Shown here one piece after another: positions 32,391-43,800 of a DNA stretch of 64,000 bases. Every line of letters begins with the position of its first letter. The first letter of the stretch is position 1. The translations under genes and the position numbers were made by a program. Under the pieces are notes generated by a model. That model ran no database searches. It saw nothing but the letters and a program-made list of their open reading frames with translations, and was not told the origin of the DNA. Source of the DNA: Fistulifera solaris (lineage: Eukaryota); NCBI GenBank assembly GCA_030295235.1, contig AP026144.1, positions 1 to 64,000 on the forward strand. Direction: 5' to 3'.

Positions 32391-34238
32391 ATGGCGGAAC
32401 AAGTACAAGCGACGCTCGACCAGATGGTCGAACCATTGCAAGATCTGCAGCAAAGAAACGTCTTCACTCCGGCGGAAATACATGCGATTGTCGAAAGACG
32501 ACGCGATTACGAGTACATGTTGCGTCGACGTAATGTGCGTAAAGTCGATTGCTTGAAGTACGTTGATGATGAGGTTAAGTTGGAGCAGTTAAGGGAGTTA
32601 CGCACACGAAAAATTCAACGTGAAGCACGTGAAGCTCTACAGAAACTGCCCCGGGAGGAACGAGAAAGGCAAGCCCAAAAGATGATCAAGAAACATATCG
32701 GCGATCGACATGTCTTGCAGCACATCCATTCATTATGGACAAGGATTTTTCGAAAGTTTCGTGCCGATCAGGATCTTTATTTACAGTATGCAGATTTCTT
32801 GAAACAGCGAGGGGCACATGGAAAGCTATCTCAGCTCTTCGCAAGTGTGTTGGCGATTTTCCCACGAGAGTCCGCTTGGTGGATCCGAGCAGCCTCGCAT
32901 GAGTTTTTTACAAACAACAATGTACAGGCGGCTCGAGTCATGCTACAAAGAGGTATCCGTGTCAACCCGAAATCAAATGATTTGTGGGTGCAATCGTTCG
33001 TCCTCGAACTACACTTTGTTCAGAAAATCCACGGGCGTCGTCAATTGCTAGAGTTGCCAACAGCTTTGAAAGACGATGACGACATTTATAAATTAGCGCG
33101 ATTAGTGCACGATAACGCGATTCTTTCAGCTGAGGACGATGGAGCGGCGGGTCTCGTGATGTGGCAGCATTGTCAGTATTTTCCGCACACCGAGGAATTG
33201 CAGCAGCACATTTTGCAAGCTTTGCGAAAGCGTTGTAATGATAAGCCACAAGCGTGGATCGCCATGGCGCGATGCAGTCTGAAGTCACCAAGTCAGAGCC
33301 TAGAACAGAACGAAAGGAACGATGATGACAATGAAAGTGATCATGATGAAGAGAATGCTGAGACGCCATTACCTCCACCGAAGAAGAAACAAAAGCTAGT
33401 CACAAAGATAGATTCTGTTCTTGATATTGTGAATGAAGCCATTCGGACCATTCCCACCAGTGAAATGTATGTAGAATCTGTTCGCTTCTTAAGAGGCATT
33501 CCTGATACTGAAAGTCGGCGACAATTTATTGAAAAGATCTTCGCAAAGGCTAGTGGTCAAGATAAAGTCACAGTAGAGTTACTCCTGGAGCATGTTGACT
33601 TTCTAGAAGAGAACGATCAAATAAAGCAGGCGCTGAAAAAGTTACGCAAGTATACCGGGAACAATAAAGTCTCGGACGCGCGAGTTTGGACCCGATGGGC
33701 AAAAATTGTGTTTCCAAACCCGGAATCCGCGACAATTTTATTCAAAGCATTAAAAGTGATTCCCATGGCCTCGTCGGATCACTACATGACAGTATTGTTA
33801 CAACTTTTGGGGGTAACGATGGCGTTAAAGCGTCACGAAGACTGTTGGGCGCTGTGGGAACAAGTCCTCTTGTTAGCTCCGGGATGCCAAGGGGTGGTTG
33901 ATGATGCGACTCTATTTGGCATCAAAAGCATCGCTGATGGCTGTTTGCAGTTCTTGACACATATTTCATCGTTGAAGGTGCTCGCCGATGTTCGGAAAAT
34001 ATACGAGGCCGTCTTATTTCAATCTTCCATGATGGATGGAATGGACGAGTCTAACGCTCATTTATTTAAGTCTTTCGTCGACACGGCCACCGAACGCGAG
34101 CGTTTGAGCTTCGACGACAATTCCAGTAAGAAGCAACGTATCTGTCGCATTTTGGACGTCGCGTTGAGAAAGTTTCAGAATTTTGTCGACCTTGCCGATG
34201 ACCTTCGACAAAAGCGAGAAGATGCACTATATGGGTAA
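32391..34238 (+). CDS. UTP6: U3 snoRNA-associated protein 6 (HAT repeats)
   Basis: MAEQVQ..L..M...L.DL....F...EI..IV.RR.DYEY N-terminus; WIRAASHEF, ARVMLQRGIRVNP...LW. Confidence 0.92.
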   Translation: MAEQVQATLDQMVEPLQDLQQRNVFTPAEIHAIVERRRDYEYMLRRRNVRKVDCLKYVDDEVKLEQLRELRTRKIQREAREALQKLPREERERQAQKMIKKHIGDRHVLQHIHSLWTRIFRKFRADQDLYLQYADFLKQRGAHGKLSQLFASVLAIFPRESAWWIRAASHEFFTNNNVQAARVMLQRGIRVNPKSNDLWVQSFVLELHFVQKIHGRRQLLELPTALKDDDDIYKLARLVHDNAILSAEDDGAAGLVMWQHCQYFPHTEELQQHILQALRKRCNDKPQAWIAMARCSLKSPSQSLEQNERNDDDNESDHDEENAETPLPPPKKKQKLVTKIDSVLDIVNEAIRTIPTSEMYVESVRFLRGIPDTESRRQFIEKIFAKASGQDKVTVELLLEHVDFLEENDQIKQALKKLRKYTGNNKVSDARVWTRWAKIVFPNPESATILFKALKVIPMASSDHYMTVLLQLLGVTMALKRHEDCWALWEQVLLLAPGCQGVVDDATLFGIKSIADGCLQFLTHISSLKVLADVRKIYEAVLFQSSMMDGMDESNAHLFKSFVDTATERERLSFDDNSSKKQRICRILDVALRKFQNFVDLADDLRQKREDALYG

Positions 34239-34322
34239 ATAAGCTATCGTTGTCGTTATCAATTGATTTATTTAGAACGGGATCACAAATACTCATGTAT
34301 TCCTTTGCTGTGTCTAATACAG

Positions 34323-35337
34323 GGATTTTAGTAGATTTCGCGATCGACCGAGTTTTCCTTGTTTCGACTATGAAACCTCATCTGCCGACGATATTCTAAA
34401 TGCTTACAAGCAGATGTATGTTGTCGTATTACGCAATGCTGCGCCAAGTGCAGTGAATCGGTTCCAATGGAGAGATGTTGGTCCTTTGTTTGAATCTCTG
34501 AATGCTGAAGACCAAGTATCATGGTGCATCGAACAGAACGAATCAAATAGTCCCGATCCGCGGCCCTCTGCGTTTCTTTCCCCTCTTGTGACCGAAGATC
34601 GTGCTTATTGCAGTTTTTTGGTACAGAAGGATACCGTGCACTACGAATCTGTTTTACAGCAACTTCCGTTTACGAAAGTCAAGGGAGCCGAGTGCTATTA
34701 CGAAAAAGCCCTATGGATCTTTTTTGGACGAAATCCATTGGGTCATACAGCACTTACAGGCCGTCCCGAGCATACCGATTCGGTGTCACATGATGGCACG
34801 TGGCACTATCAACTTTCTGGTTGCAAAGAGTGGTACATTCGTCCATCTTCTCAGTTAGTGGACCTGTGTCGGGAAGAAGGAAAGGAAAGTGGCTTTACTT
34901 TGGGTAGTGACACTGAGTTTCACATTGTTTGTGAAGAAGGAGACGTCATTTTGATCAATACTCGTCTGTGGTTCCATCGTACCGAGCTTCCTGCTGGTAT
35001 TGTACCGTCCGTTACCTACGCGCGTGATTTCCGTTGGCACGGTCCTTCTCATCAAGATGGTGGAATGACCAATGTCGATGGATTGTATGCAACCGAAGAT
35101 ATTGAAGCGGGGACGATCGTTTTTACCGAAAAGGACATGCCAGATTGCGAACTCCATCGATCTTCGACGAATCCGAATTGTGAAGTGATTGAGCTGGAAG
35201 ACGGAACAGGTGCGATAGCCGCAGTACGCAACATTCAGGCGGGTGAATTCTTTTGCATTGCCGAATCGGATGACGACAGCAACGTCGACGACGAGGACGA
35301 TGACGCAAAAGAAGAAGGTGATGAAGATTGTGAATAA
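34323..35337 (+). CDS. JmjC/cupin 2OG-Fe(II) oxygenase plus degenerate SET-like C-terminus; probably a second exon joined to UTP6
   Basis: PEHTD, QLSGCKEW, GDVILI...WFHRT; GLYATEDIEAG, SSTNPNC, AVRNIQAGE; frame open from the acceptor at 34322. Confidence 0.8.
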
Positions 35338-35369
35338 CCATTCGACGTAGTTGCTATAGTTTCCTGATG

Positions 35370-36200
35370 CTAGGACGCATCATCAATTATCGATTCCAAA
35401 TTCAATGCCTTGGCTAATCGTTTCGATGATTCCTTACCAATGTTGTTGTTGTCGACATATAGATGTTGCAGTTTGATATTAGAGCGGTCGCGTTCAAGGG
35501 CATTGATAAAATGCTCGGCCCCTTCAATTCCGATGCAATTCCCTTCTAGATAAAGCTTTGTGATGTGTGAATGCGGTAATATGTGTGACAACGCTTGTGC
35601 GCCAGTTGGACCAATCCGATTGGCTCCCAAAAAGACTTGTTCGACATTCGAAGATTCAAGCAATGTCGCGAGTGTAGCGGCACCCGCATTTTGTAGATTG
35701 TTTCCCTCTAGATAGAGAAATCGTAACGTAGTTGGTAATGAAGGCCATGCTAGCAAAGCTGCTGCGCCGATATCGTTATAACGAAGATCGATCTTAATCA
35801 GTTGTGTCGCCGACGACAGAAACTGTGTCAAAGCAATTGCACCTTCGTCTCGTAAACCGAGTCCTCCGAGAAACAGATGCTGAATGGAAGAAGAGACTTT
35901 GGCTAGAATATTCATTACCTCAGCGACCGGCAAATCCGTTCCTCCTAAGTTCAGCGTTTGCAAGTAAGGAAAATGATTGAATGCTGTTATATCAATGTTG
36001 CGGATTCGTTTTGTTCCCAAGTTTAAAGACACGACATTCTGCTGGTTGTTGTCGAATTGAATGACAGGTTCTTGAAACGAAGGCTCACACGCGGAAACAT
36101 AAACGGCATCTAATGATACAATGCCGTCGTTTTCTAGTTTCTTCAAGCCATGAAGAGACTCATCGCTAATAGTTTTGCTATCGCCTCTTATTGCTGTCAT
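35370..36200 (-). CDS. Leucine-rich repeat protein (RNI-like)
   Basis: Repeated LxLxxNxIGxxGAxxL units. Confidence 0.9.
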   Translation of the reverse strand: MTAIRGDSKTISDESLHGLKKLENDGIVSLDAVYVSACEPSFQEPVIQFDNNQQNVVSLNLGTKRIRNIDITAFNHFPYLQTLNLGGTDLPVAEVMNILAKVSSSIQHLFLGGLGLRDEGAIALTQFLSSATQLIKIDLRYNDIGAAALLAWPSLPTTLRFLYLEGNNLQNAGAATLATLLESSNVEQVFLGANRIGPTGAQALSHILPHSHITKLYLEGNCIGIEGAEHFINALERDRSNIKLQHLYVDNNNIGKESSKRLAKALNLESIIDDAS

Positions 36201-36749
36201 TTTGATCGATTAATCGTTTACAGACGACGCATTTTAAAAAGAACGACAGCGCCGACGATCTATTCATTGCGGAAAACTGCGATGATATTTCACACCAGTA
36301 AAGATTAGGGATTCGGATAATTTGAACATAAAAAACCTTGAACCGACCCAACGCGTGACTAAACGCAGTCGTGGTTTCGTTTGACCCAACACTTCAGCTT
36401 ATAGTGAAAACGGAAGTCAGTGTTTCGCAATTCTTTTGACGTCTAGCATCGTGGCATGCAACATGCAACTCAAATGCTGTCGAAGGTAGTTCTACTGCAT
36501 TTATTGGAAACAATTTTGAGACAACAAAGCTAAAGGAGTGATCGCTAACTGGAAACTGGGTAACAATCTGACTCCGAATTTTTAATTCATGATTGAGATA
36601 CTGCAGTCGTGAGAAAGTTTCGTCAACACTTAGCGGCATAGTACCTGGTAGTACGGGAGGAGTCGTCGTCGTCGACATTGAGCTGCAATAACGACCAATA
36701 AAGCATTAACATCATCCTGTTGCATTCAATCTACAAATCAATCAGTGCA

Positions 36750-37802
36750 ATGATGAAGTTCACTATTTCTATTTCACTCTTTGTTTTCAATTCTATTGCG
36801 GCTTTGCGTGTTGAATGCTTCTCGACAAAATCGTTTGTTCAATTGTCAACAAAAGCTTCATTAATTCAAAGATATTTTGCAACAACATCGACGACATCTT
36901 CCACCGTCGGAGCTCCTTTGCCGATTAACACTTCCTTTAACGGCTTAGATAAAGTTCATTCTGATCCTGATATTTATATTCTGCGTAATTTTTTACCCGA
37001 TGAAGCTTGTCATGACATGATCGAACAAGCAAAAGCCAAAGGCGACATGACACTGTCTCCGACCGCGTACGCTGGCTGGACACAGGATAGTCGTGATTTA
37101 ATCGAATTGGCGGCGAAAGGACCCGTAGTGTGGCTTGCGGTCTTGACGGCATGGTATCAAACGATACAACAACCCGAACAAAAGCAAATTGTGACGTTAA
37201 TATTTCATGCTCTGCAGAATTATATCGTCTTTTTTGCTCTGGCTCTGGCAACCGTGGCTACCTATACTCAATCGAGAGCCAAAGGACTACAAGCGCTGCG
37301 GACGAGTACTTCTACTACTTTGGATGATTTAACAGATCCAAACTCGGGTGCTAAATTGTTTGTTCAACAAGCGGCTCGGCTCTTTTCTTCGTCTTCTTCT
37401 GCTTCTTCGTCACTCAAACAACAAGCACGTTACTTCGAAGCGCCGACTATCATCCGCTATGAACCTGGTCAACTACTGGCTCCCCATTACGATGCCAATT
37501 TTTCTGCAGCAACAGAAGATGCGAATCGGGGAGGACAGACGTTGGCGACTTTGCTGGTGTATTTGAACAATGTCCCACAAGGAGGTGCGACCCGATTTGG
37601 GAAACTGGATTTGATGGTGCAACCGACTCGAGGCGATGCCTTATTGTTCTTTCCTGCTGATGCAAATGGATGTTTTGATGAACGAACAGAACATGAAGGA
37701 TGTCCGGCGATCGATGAAAAGTGGATTGCTCGGATTTGGAGACACGAAGCGAGAGCACCGCCGCCTTATGGTTTATCGGAGAAAATGCTAGGTTTTTTGT
37801 AA
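36750..37802 (+). CDS. Prolyl 4-hydroxylase-like 2OG-Fe(II) oxygenase with signal/transit peptide
   Basis: PDIYILRNFL, RTSTS, RYEPGQ...PHYD, TLLVYLNNVPQGGATRF, GDALLF, HEGCP, EKWIARIW. Confidence 0.9.
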   Translation: MMKFTISISLFVFNSIAALRVECFSTKSFVQLSTKASLIQRYFATTSTTSSTVGAPLPINTSFNGLDKVHSDPDIYILRNFLPDEACHDMIEQAKAKGDMTLSPTAYAGWTQDSRDLIELAAKGPVVWLAVLTAWYQTIQQPEQKQIVTLIFHALQNYIVFFALALATVATYTQSRAKGLQALRTSTSTTLDDLTDPNSGAKLFVQQAARLFSSSSSASSSLKQQARYFEAPTIIRYEPGQLLAPHYDANFSAATEDANRGGQTLATLLVYLNNVPQGGATRFGKLDLMVQPTRGDALLFFPADANGCFDERTEHEGCPAIDEKWIARIWRHEARAPPPYGLSEKMLGFL

Positions 37803-37890
37803 ACAAAATCGACGAATTATTATGGAACTATAGCGCTTTTGAATAGAGGAGAATATTCGGAAAGGCAGAATGATCATTTTCTAACCAAAT

Positions 37891-40800
37891 TCATGACCAA
37901 TTGGCGGGCAGCTGTTCCTTTGAAAATCCTTTGCTGCTATTGCCATCAAAGCTTGCCAGACTGTCTTCATCGTGTTTCAGAATAATGCACTTCGTAGTCC
38001 TCTGAGATAAAAAAGTACAATTTCGGATTGTGGCACAGCCTTTGGTCCTTAGCTCAATACATGCTGTTTTGATTTGTGTCATCCGGCATTTCGTCAGATC
38101 GATTATCCCAGCATCCGTACAAAGAATACCCTTTTGCAGCTCTGGATGTAACACTGTAAATTCATGAACCCACCAGGGGGGTTAGTGACGATGCTAAAAA
38201 AATTCAGATACAGGAGAGCGCGTGCAGAATCATACACTTACTCCTTCCAAATAAAGAACCCCCGCATTTGATAGGACGACGCCGCCATCACCGTTTCTCA
38301 GTAAAGTATTTTTCCATACACCCTTACAATTGCTGGCGACAGCGAGATGATCGTTTCCGCCCTCATTGTCAAGTACACATTCGAGTACGTCCAGCCTGCT
38401 TCCATTCTCAAGCCTTAATAGCGTTTTCTTCGAAGAATTATTAGTACCAAGTTTTGGCCTTCGGAACGTAATGCCCTCACAAAAACCACCCCTAGCTTTC
38501 CAAACAAGAGTCCCGCCCATTTCCATCGTTACATTTGCAGGATTGTGTTCATCACCTATTAAGCGAACAGGGTGGTGCAGCTCTAAGTTGTCGTTCACCC
38601 AGTAATGGCCATCGCCAAGTTCTAAAAAAATTCAAGAATTGCTCTGAGAAACCATATCTAGTTCAATGCAAACAAGTTCACATGATCGACTCACCTATTG
38701 TGTCGCCAGGAAGTGAAGCGGCAACCGCATCTGCAATGTTCCGGTAATGGTTTCGTTCAATCTTACTGTCTTCTCTAATGTAAGCGCCCATCTCCACGGG
38801 GTACACATGTCTGACAAACGAGAGATCACATGCTGCTTTTTTTCCAATGGCGGCACATCAGCGAAGCGTTCTGCCGGTCGGGGAATGGAACGAGATAGGT
38901 CATAATGTGGACAAGCGTTTGATGAGGAAGGGCGCCCCATTTTTCGAGAATAGCTCGGTCAAGAGCTTCTAATGCAATGAGTGCCTTCGGCTTATCCCAC
39001 GTGGCTTCGCCTGAATCCACGTTGTACCAAAACGGAGCCTGAGTAAACGCATCACAACGAGGCTCCCAATCTTGACCGGTTATCTTTCGCAGCTTTTTAT
39101 TCGCTCTTAACCGTGCCCTTTCTCGAAGAAACATCGATCGTTGGCGTACTAAGTCGTCGGGCTCGGGAAACGTTGCTAGCAAATCCCCATCCTCCATGGC
39201 TCGTTGCTCATCAAGGATTTTTTCCTGGTGGATCTCATCCACGTTTACCTCTTCCGATTGTTCTTGCGATGCAGCATGCAATCTTTGATGTTCCGTGATA
39301 GCATAAATTGAATAGAACGGATCCACATTCCTACGAAAATTCAAACCATATCTTTCCATCGGTGACAGCGAAGCTTCCACTGACGCGGGGTCAGCGCCTA
39401 CTTGATTTTGCCATGCTGCAAACTCTTTCTCCAATTCAACCTCGTCTGATCTACCATCTTCTGTATGCTCATTTTGTTCTTTATCTTTTTTTTTGCTTTC
39501 CGGAAGCTTGTTTGCAGGGTCATCATCGGGATCTGACTCGGTCGCATATTCAATTGATTCATCAAACTCTTTCAATTCATCTTCAGCCTCTTTTTGCGCA
39601 CCTTTCAAGGCGTTCACGTCGTCTGCATCTTCCAAACAAGCCATGGCTGACTCCATTTGTTCTTTGGTTTTTCGTCAACAAGTTCCTTTTCACTATCGTC
39701 CTCTACAACATCTTCCATCTCCGGTTCAATACCCAGAATCGCTCTCAGCCCGCCTTTCGAATAGATGCCATTTAATTCGGAATTCTTCGTTCGGTCCTCT
39801 CTATTGCTGAGTGTTGAGGCATCGAAATATCCTTCATCCATGACCAGCCTGTCCAAGTTCTTTTTCTGTTTGGCTTTGAGCAATATATTCTCTTCTATTG
39901 TGTGCTCCGTAATTAGCCGATATATATGAACTTCGCGTGTTTGGCCGATTCTGTGGGCGCGATCCTGTTTGCAAAACCTGTTAGACAAATACATGGAAAA
40001 TACTCGGACAGAGGAAAAGTTAACTCACTGTAGCTTGTGCGTCCATCGCCGCTAGAAAATGAGAAAATCAAAGTGAGGTCTATGAGATATGATCATAGCG
40101 CTCACCCCGATGCTTTTACACTCGCGGTTCAAAAATACTTACGATTCCTATTGAACACGTCCGATAAAGTAGGTAGTCGATGAGGTAAAGATTTCAAAAG
40201 CAATAAAACAAGCAATGAGCAAAAGAACACTCACCAGTCGTTGTCATAGAAGATCACTGTGTCAGCTCCAGTGAGATTTATCCCCATCCCACCGCTTCTG
40301 GTGCTTAAAATGAAACAAAAGACTTTGGGATCATTGTTGAAGCGGTCCATCAACCGCTGCCGCCGGTCTACGCCAGTCGCCCCGTCTAAGCGGAGATACG
40401 AGTGACCATTCAGATTCAAAAATGCCTCCAAAATGTCAAGCATCTTACTCATTTGAGTAAAAATTAGAGCTCTGTGGCCGCCTCGTTTAAGCTCCCGAAG
40501 AAGCTCTGCTAGTGTTTGAAGCTTCCCAGAGTCGAACTGCACCAATTTTTTGTCAGGGAAAGAATGAGGTTAATCCTGTATGCGCCCGTTGAAAGGGGAA
40601 AGTTTCTGCTCTAAAGCATGTGCAAGCTCCTCTTTCGCCTCCTTTGCTGGCTGAACATTGCGTGAAGCACAAAGTAATTGTGCAGGCTGCCCGCCTGCTT
40701 TGGGTACACAAAAAACAAACTTTCGAATAAGTATATCTAAATCATCCGCCCTTTCTTGTTGTGTGCGTCGCAACGAAAGAAGCTGCGATGGTGAAGACAT

Positions 40801-43800
40801 CTCATCAAGCTGCCAAATTTTGGAGGCTGCGCAATGATTTGTGACCAGACGGATAAGTCTCTCCGTGTAAGCAAATTCGAAAGCCGAGCATCTTCGGTTG
40901 TTGATTTTCTTCAGAAATATCCTATGCTCTGCTTTCTCTGCAAGTTCAGCTTCTCTCATCTTCTTTACAAGTTGTATCAAGCAAAAGGACTTTCTGCATC
41001 GTATTCTTCAAGTGTATCGGATGTCTGTTCAAAACTTTCTTCAAGCTTCAATAGCATGTCTGATTCGATGCGAGTATGCTGAGTTGCCGCTGCGAGAGAA
41101 GGAAGCCCATTGCTGCCACACCATAGTGGTCTTGTCAAGGAAACCGTCACTGTATCGGGCCCATCACGAGTTGTGATAGCATTGAATGCAAGAGCTGGTG
41201 CTTCCATCAAAATCGGAGCAAGTACAAATGGAGTAATAACAGATCGTGGCTCAAAAAGATCAGGGTGATTACACACCTTGCAAATAAAGCTCAACAATAA
41301 GGAAAGAAGGTGCACAGTGCTTAGGTAGACAAGAGTATTACCGATACTTACCTTCCGAAGTTGCATCAAAACATTCATCATACCCATGTAATTTCCACCT
41401 TTTTCAGTGCCTGCCTGGTTGACGATCGCGCCATGAACTCCTCATAAATAAACATCTTCGACAAATGTAAGGACGACCTTTCGACCAACGACTCTGAAAT
41501 CACGATAGCAACTTACCTGCCGACGTGAAAGCTGACATTTTACTATGTGTTCGAATTTACCGGGCATTTGGGTTTCGACATCCTTTTTCAGACGTCTTAG
41601 AACAAAGGGACGGATGATTCCGTGTAAGCGATTCATCATGTCGTCATTTTGATTAGATTTTCCTTCGATCAAATTGTTCATAGGGTTTGCGAACCAAAAT
41701 GAAAATTCTTTTCGCGAACGGAAAATGTGTGGCATGAGGAAATGCAGGAGAGACCACAGCTCCATTAAGTTATTTTGAAGAGGCGTTCCAGTCAATAGAA
41801 GTCTTCTCTGCGTGTTGAAAGTTATCAGCGTTTGCCATCGCTGCGACTGGAAATTCTTGATGTTTTGTGCTTCGTCCAGGACAAGGTAATACCACCGCTT
41901 ACGTTTAAAAGCAAATGCATCTTGCACCGCAAGTTGATACGAAGTTATGACAACATGGTACCAATTGCTTTTTGTCCAACCTGTTCTAAGCTCCTTTCTT
42001 CTCTTTGCCGATCCGTAGTAACAAAGAACCTTAAAGCCGGGCGCGAATCGCTTTAGCTCCGTTTCCCAGTTTAAAATTACCGAGGTTGGAACAACAATTA
42101 AGTGTGGACCCCAGATGCCTTTGTAAGACGCAAGATACGCCAAAAGAGATATCGTTTGTAGTGTTTTCCCAAGACCCATCTCTGAGCAACAGAAAAATTA
42201 AGAAGTCCGCATCACCGAAAAATACAGATGAATCGTCACACGTACCATCGGCAAGAATTCCGTTCAGCATCCTAGCTTGAAGGGATACCAACCAACCAAG
42301 GCCCGCATGTTGATATTCGCGAAGCTTGACTGAAGGCGACAAGAGAAAAGGTCGGCTCACGCTAGCCATAGTAGTAGCCCCTTCTTCGAAACGGCTTCTC
42401 TTGTTCGACTTTTTTAGAATTGATTGGGGTCGTTTTTCACCTACCCGTTGTTTCGTCTCATCTTGTGGAATTCCGTATAATGTTCTGAGTTCTGCCAGTG
42501 ACATGTTGTTCTCGTCATTTAGCCTGGATATTTCCTCTTCGACCGTCATTTCTCGTCCTAGAAGCTCCTCAGCAGCAATGGTCGTTTCATCGTCTATCTC
42601 CATTGCATCCGGTTCAAATTCACCATCAGATTTCGAGTTTTCACCAAGTTCGTCGTCATCTCGCTGCGAAGCTTCACCGCCACTGGAGCTATCTTTTACG
42701 TCAACATACATCGCCCGCAACTCCTCAATGGACATTTGGCTTTCTCGTTTCAGAATGTCAAGTTCTTCCTCATACGTCATTTCCCGACCCAACTTTTCCT
42801 CCGCCTCCATTGTCGTCTCATCATCTACGTCGTGCTCCTCTGGTTCATAATCATCGTCTTGACTATCACCCTCCCGAACTGGGCCCACCAACGAATGAAG
42901 TGTTGTTTTAACATTCTCATCGACGTCGCTACTGCTCTCGTCATCCTCACCGCTTTCGTCACCATCATCGTCATCTTGTTCACGTTCAATTCCAGCATTG
43001 TTGCTACTTTGATACATTTGTCTTAGTTGCTCAAGAGGAATTTCACTTTCGTTGCGAAGAAGGGCAAGTTCCTCCTCATACGTCATGTCCCGACCCATCT
43101 TTTCTTCGGCTATTAAAGTGGTCTCATCATCTAAAGCTTCTCCATCTGGAAAAAACTCACCATCGTCATCCAGGTTGTCTTCTTCTATTTCTTCCAGATC
43201 GGGCGATGATTCTGCTTCGTCAGTCTCTTGTTGCGCAGCAAATGCTTCTGCATATCGTCGCCGCAACTCTTCTACTGACAGCACACTTTCACGTTGCAAC
43301 AATGCAAGTTCTTCTTCCGAAGTCATTTCCTGTGGTAGTCGCTCTTCTTCCATCATGGTTGTTTCGTCATCAACGGGGTCTTCGGTCATTTCATAATCGT
43401 CGTGATCGTCGTCATTGTAATCCTCCACATCACTGGCATCCCGATCGTCGTCAGCATCTTCTCCTGGATCAAGCTTCGCTGATAGAGACCCCGATCCGGA
43501 AGATGACCTGCTGGAAATGCTTTGAATGTCAGATTCTGCCGCAAAATGTACTTTTCTCGAGGGTCGATCGCTTTTCTCATCTCTAGTGCTACTGCTGTTC
43601 TTGTTAATGTTGGGTTCTAACTGACCAAATTCCCTCGCTTCTTGTTCAAATCGTTGCAATACTTGCTCAATCGGCATCTCCATTTCTTGTCGTAATTTTT
43701 GAATTTCCTCAGGGTCGGGAACAAAGGCCCCAGTTCCCAATTGTCGTTCTCGTGCTTCTTCTGTTTCTGCTTGTAGCAATGTCGTTTCATCATCCGACGA

